DNA from: Gammaproteobacteria bacterium
GTDB taxonomy: Bacteria; Pseudomonadota; Gammaproteobacteria; JBCCGL01
NCBI GenBank assembly: GCA_965277715.1
Contig: OZ255836.1
Coordinates: forward strand, 704,001-768,000
Direction: 5' to 3'
Length of the DNA stretch: 64,000 bases
This document shows, piece after piece, positions 61,120 to 64,000 of this stretch. The translations under genes and the position numbers were made by a program. Numbering within the stretch: the first letter of the stretch is position 1; every line of letters begins with the position of its first letter. The notes under the pieces are model-generated. The model saw only the letters and a list, made by a program, of their open reading frames with translations. It had not been told where the DNA came from and searched no databases.

Positions 61120-62439
61120 ATGCTGTCGATGGCGGTGTGCAACAAACAGCCTGTTCTCAGTGCTATACAGCAGGCTGTAGAAACATCACCCACGCTAAAA
61201 CGGCTCTGCATCGCTTACAGCGGTGGCGTCGACTCACACGTGCTATTGCATGCAAGCCATGCACTCATACGGGCGGGCACCGTATCAATCCCCCTGCGGG
61301 CTGTGCATATCAACCACCAGCTACAAACGCAAAGCCCTGCCTGGAAACGGCATTGTGCCGCAGTCTGCCAGCAGCTTGGCATCGATTTTACAGGGATTGA
61401 TGTCGATGCATCAGCCAGCACGGGGCAAAGCCCGGAGGAGGCCGCCCGCGAGGCACGCTATGCCGCGATAAACAGGCAACTGTGCGCCGGTGATGCGCTG
61501 TTGACGGCGCACCACCGCAACGACCAGGCTGAAACGGTGTTGTTGCAAATGCTGCGCGGCAGTGGTGTAGCGGGCCTGGCCGCGATGCCGTCACAACAGC
61601 CGAGGGGGGAGGGTGTGCATCTGCGCCCCTTTCTCGATTTGCCACAAACGGTATTGGCAGACTACGCCGACACGCACGGCCTGCAATGGATTGAAGACCC
61701 CAGTAACCAGGCGACACACTACCAGCGTAATTACCTGAGACAGACACTGTGGCCACTGATTACTGCGCGCTGGCCGTCGGCTGATGCAACCCTGGCGAGG
61801 GTCGCCCACCACAGCGCCGAGGCGGCGGGTCTGAACGCAACGCTGGCCAATAAAGATAGCGAACAGGTGATCGATCGAGATCATTGTATCCACTTGGCCA
61901 GTCTTCTACAGCTTGATGCACCACGGCAGAGAAATGTAGTGCGCCACTGGCTGAAGCAGGCCAGTGGGCGCTTTCCATCGCAACGGCTTATGCAGACACT
62001 GCTGACAACCGTTGTCAATGCAAAGGGCGATGCACAACCCGCCGTGCAGCATGACACACTGACGGTTCGGCGCTACCGGGGGCGTTTGTACGCGCTGCCC
62101 TCATTGCCGACCTTGCCCCCCCACTGGTCGCTGGTTTGGCAGAACACACAACAACCGTTGGAAATTCCGGCACTGGGGCTCACATTGCCTGTGTCTTTAT
62201 TGTCGACTAGCGACGATGAATCGCTGCATAAAGGGCGGGTTGAGGTTACATTACGCCGGGGCGGCGAAACCATTTCATTGGCAGGGCGACCGCGCAAATC
62301 GCTAAAAGCCCTGTTGCAGGAAAAGGGCGTACCGCCGTGGCAGCGCAGCCGGTCACCGCTAGTGTATGTGGATGGCGTATTGGTTTGCATTTATATAACG
62401 CCAGATATAATATTTTTTAATAGTAGTGAAAACAAATAG
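61120..62439 (+). CDS. tilS: tRNA(Ile)-lysidine synthetase
   Basis: AYSGGVDS, AHHRNDQAET, EDPSN, RNYLR. Confidence 0.97.
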   Translation: MLSMAVCNKQPVLSAIQQAVETSPTLKRLCIAYSGGVDSHVLLHASHALIRAGTVSIPLRAVHINHQLQTQSPAWKRHCAAVCQQLGIDFTGIDVDASASTGQSPEEAAREARYAAINRQLCAGDALLTAHHRNDQAETVLLQMLRGSGVAGLAAMPSQQPRGEGVHLRPFLDLPQTVLADYADTHGLQWIEDPSNQATHYQRNYLRQTLWPLITARWPSADATLARVAHHSAEAAGLNATLANKDSEQVIDRDHCIHLASLLQLDAPRQRNVVRHWLKQASGRFPSQRLMQTLLTTVVNAKGDAQPAVQHDTLTVRRYRGRLYALPSLPTLPPHWSLVWQNTQQPLEIPALGLTLPVSLLSTSDDESLHKGRVEVTLRRGGETISLAGRPRKSLKALLQEKGVPPWQRSRSPLVYVDGVLVCIYITPDIIFFNSSENK

Positions 62440-62571
62440 TTAATACTGTTTTAGCGGTTCTGTTACACGCGGCTTTATTGTTCTGGGCGGGACAATTCCG
62501 TATACTGTCTAACCGTCTTTTGCGCTCTCCTTTGAGGGTGTTTTAAAGCGTCACAAACGCAGTCGTTTTAA

Positions 62572-64000
<1,429 letters not shown>

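Overview
Gammaproteobacterial chromosomal window (about 50% GC). (1) 1-7000: the end of an ISL3 element, then the distal part of an integron cassette array with 6 attC sites and no intI in the window. Cassettes carry a CoiA-like Zn-finger protein, a degenerate Rieske-like Tat protein, a complete NotI-family REase + C5-MTase + HTH system, a putative HEPN protein, a secreted MBL-fold hydrolase and a DUF3644 pseudogene. (2) 7.3-22 kb: mixed metabolic genes and rpsF-rpsR-DUF2232-rplI-dnaB. (3) 22.5-35.7 kb: a GntR-linked formyl-CoA/oxalate-type catabolic cluster (TctCBA, TPP lyase, frc, a formyltransferase resembling the ALDH1L1 N-domain, an unknown P-loop protein, divergent FAH + GGT-family genes) with two matching palindromic operators. 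(4) 35.9-64 kb: the conserved rpsB-tsf-pyrH-frr-uppS-cdsA-dxr-rseP-bamA-skp-lpxD-fabZ-lpxA-(gnnAB)-lpxB-rnhB-dnaE-accA-tilS-pyrG region, interrupted by astacin/syd/atl and a VapBC pair. A MITE-like repeat occurs in at least 2 copies. The best novelty candidates are a possible formyl-CoA:tetrahydrofolate formyltransferase route, and an R-M integron cassette whose MTase promoter is built into its own attC. All family calls come from motif recognition by eye; no searches were run.
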